Assembly (NCBI RefSeq): GCF_001194135.2
Contig: NC_068994.1
Coordinates: 37,965,508-38,029,507, forward strand
Source: Octopus bimaculoides
Taxonomy: Eukaryota
Length of the DNA: 64,000 nucleotides
Direction of reading: 5' to 3'
The notes below the pieces were generated by a model. It saw only the letters and a program-made list of their open reading frames with translations, made no database searches and was not told the origin of the DNA. Positions 63,558-64,000 of this stretch are shown in pieces. A program made the position numbers and the translations under genes. How positions within the stretch are numbered: position 1 is the stretch's first letter; each line of letters begins with the position of its first letter.

Positions 63558-63955
63558 AGAAGTGGGTGTGTGGTAAGTAGCTTGTTTACCAACTACCATG
63601 ATTCCGGGTTCAGTCCCACTGCATGACGCCTTGGGCAAGTGTCTACTGCTATAGCTTCGGGCAGACCAAAGCCTTCCAATTGAATTTGGTAGACAGAAAC
63701 TGAAAGAAGCCCATCATATGTATATATATGTATGTATGTATGTGTATATGTGTATGTATGTGTGTGTGTGTGTGTGTATGTGTGTGTGTGTGTGTGTGTC
63801 TATGTCCCGTAACTTCTTAGTAGCTTGGCAAAAGAGACCGATAGAATAAGTACTAGGCTTACAAAGAATAAGTTCTAGGGTTGATTTGTTCAACTAAAAG
63901 CAGTGCTCCAGCATGGCTGCAGTCAAGTGACTGAGACAAATAAAAGAGTAAAAGA
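63558..63955 (+). mobile_element. Full-length family A SINE
   Basis: Head with gggttcagtccc and ccttgggcaagtgtc, a (TATG)/(TG)n tract, and tail ...gactgagacaaataaaagag. Confidence 0.85.
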
Positions 63956-64000
63956 ATATATACAAATATATATATATATATATTACATATATATATATAT

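Overview
AT-rich, microsatellite-dense, gapped eukaryotic scaffold. I infer a coleoid cephalopod, most likely Octopus, from the protocadherin type and the repeat repertoire. The only convincing protein-coding feature is a 2.3-kb minus-strand protocadherin exon (21100-18770) encoding a signal peptide, 6 cadherin repeats, a TM helix and the start of the tail. It has a splice acceptor upstream and a phase-0 GTAAGT donor downstream, so most of the window is probably intronic or flanking sequence. The rest is decayed mobile DNA: several tRNA-derived SINE families, three R4/Dong-type RLE LINE fragments stacked in an (AAT)n tract, RTE and CR1-like fragments, mariner, Tc1, maT and DUF4817-type transposons, MITEs and foldback elements. 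The most unusual signal is a set of hammerhead-ribozyme (HHR) motifs of the Penelope-like-element (PLE) type. One is a structurally complete type I hammerhead (5439-5485) in the loop of a 417-bp foldback element. A near-intact one (26146-26193) lies in an apparent tRNA-headed, SINE-like unit. Several more are decayed, and the well-preserved copies are all antisense to the protocadherin. All alignments, folds and counts were made by eye. TE family names come from motif recognition, not database searches. Most SINE boundaries are approximate (about +/-15 bp).
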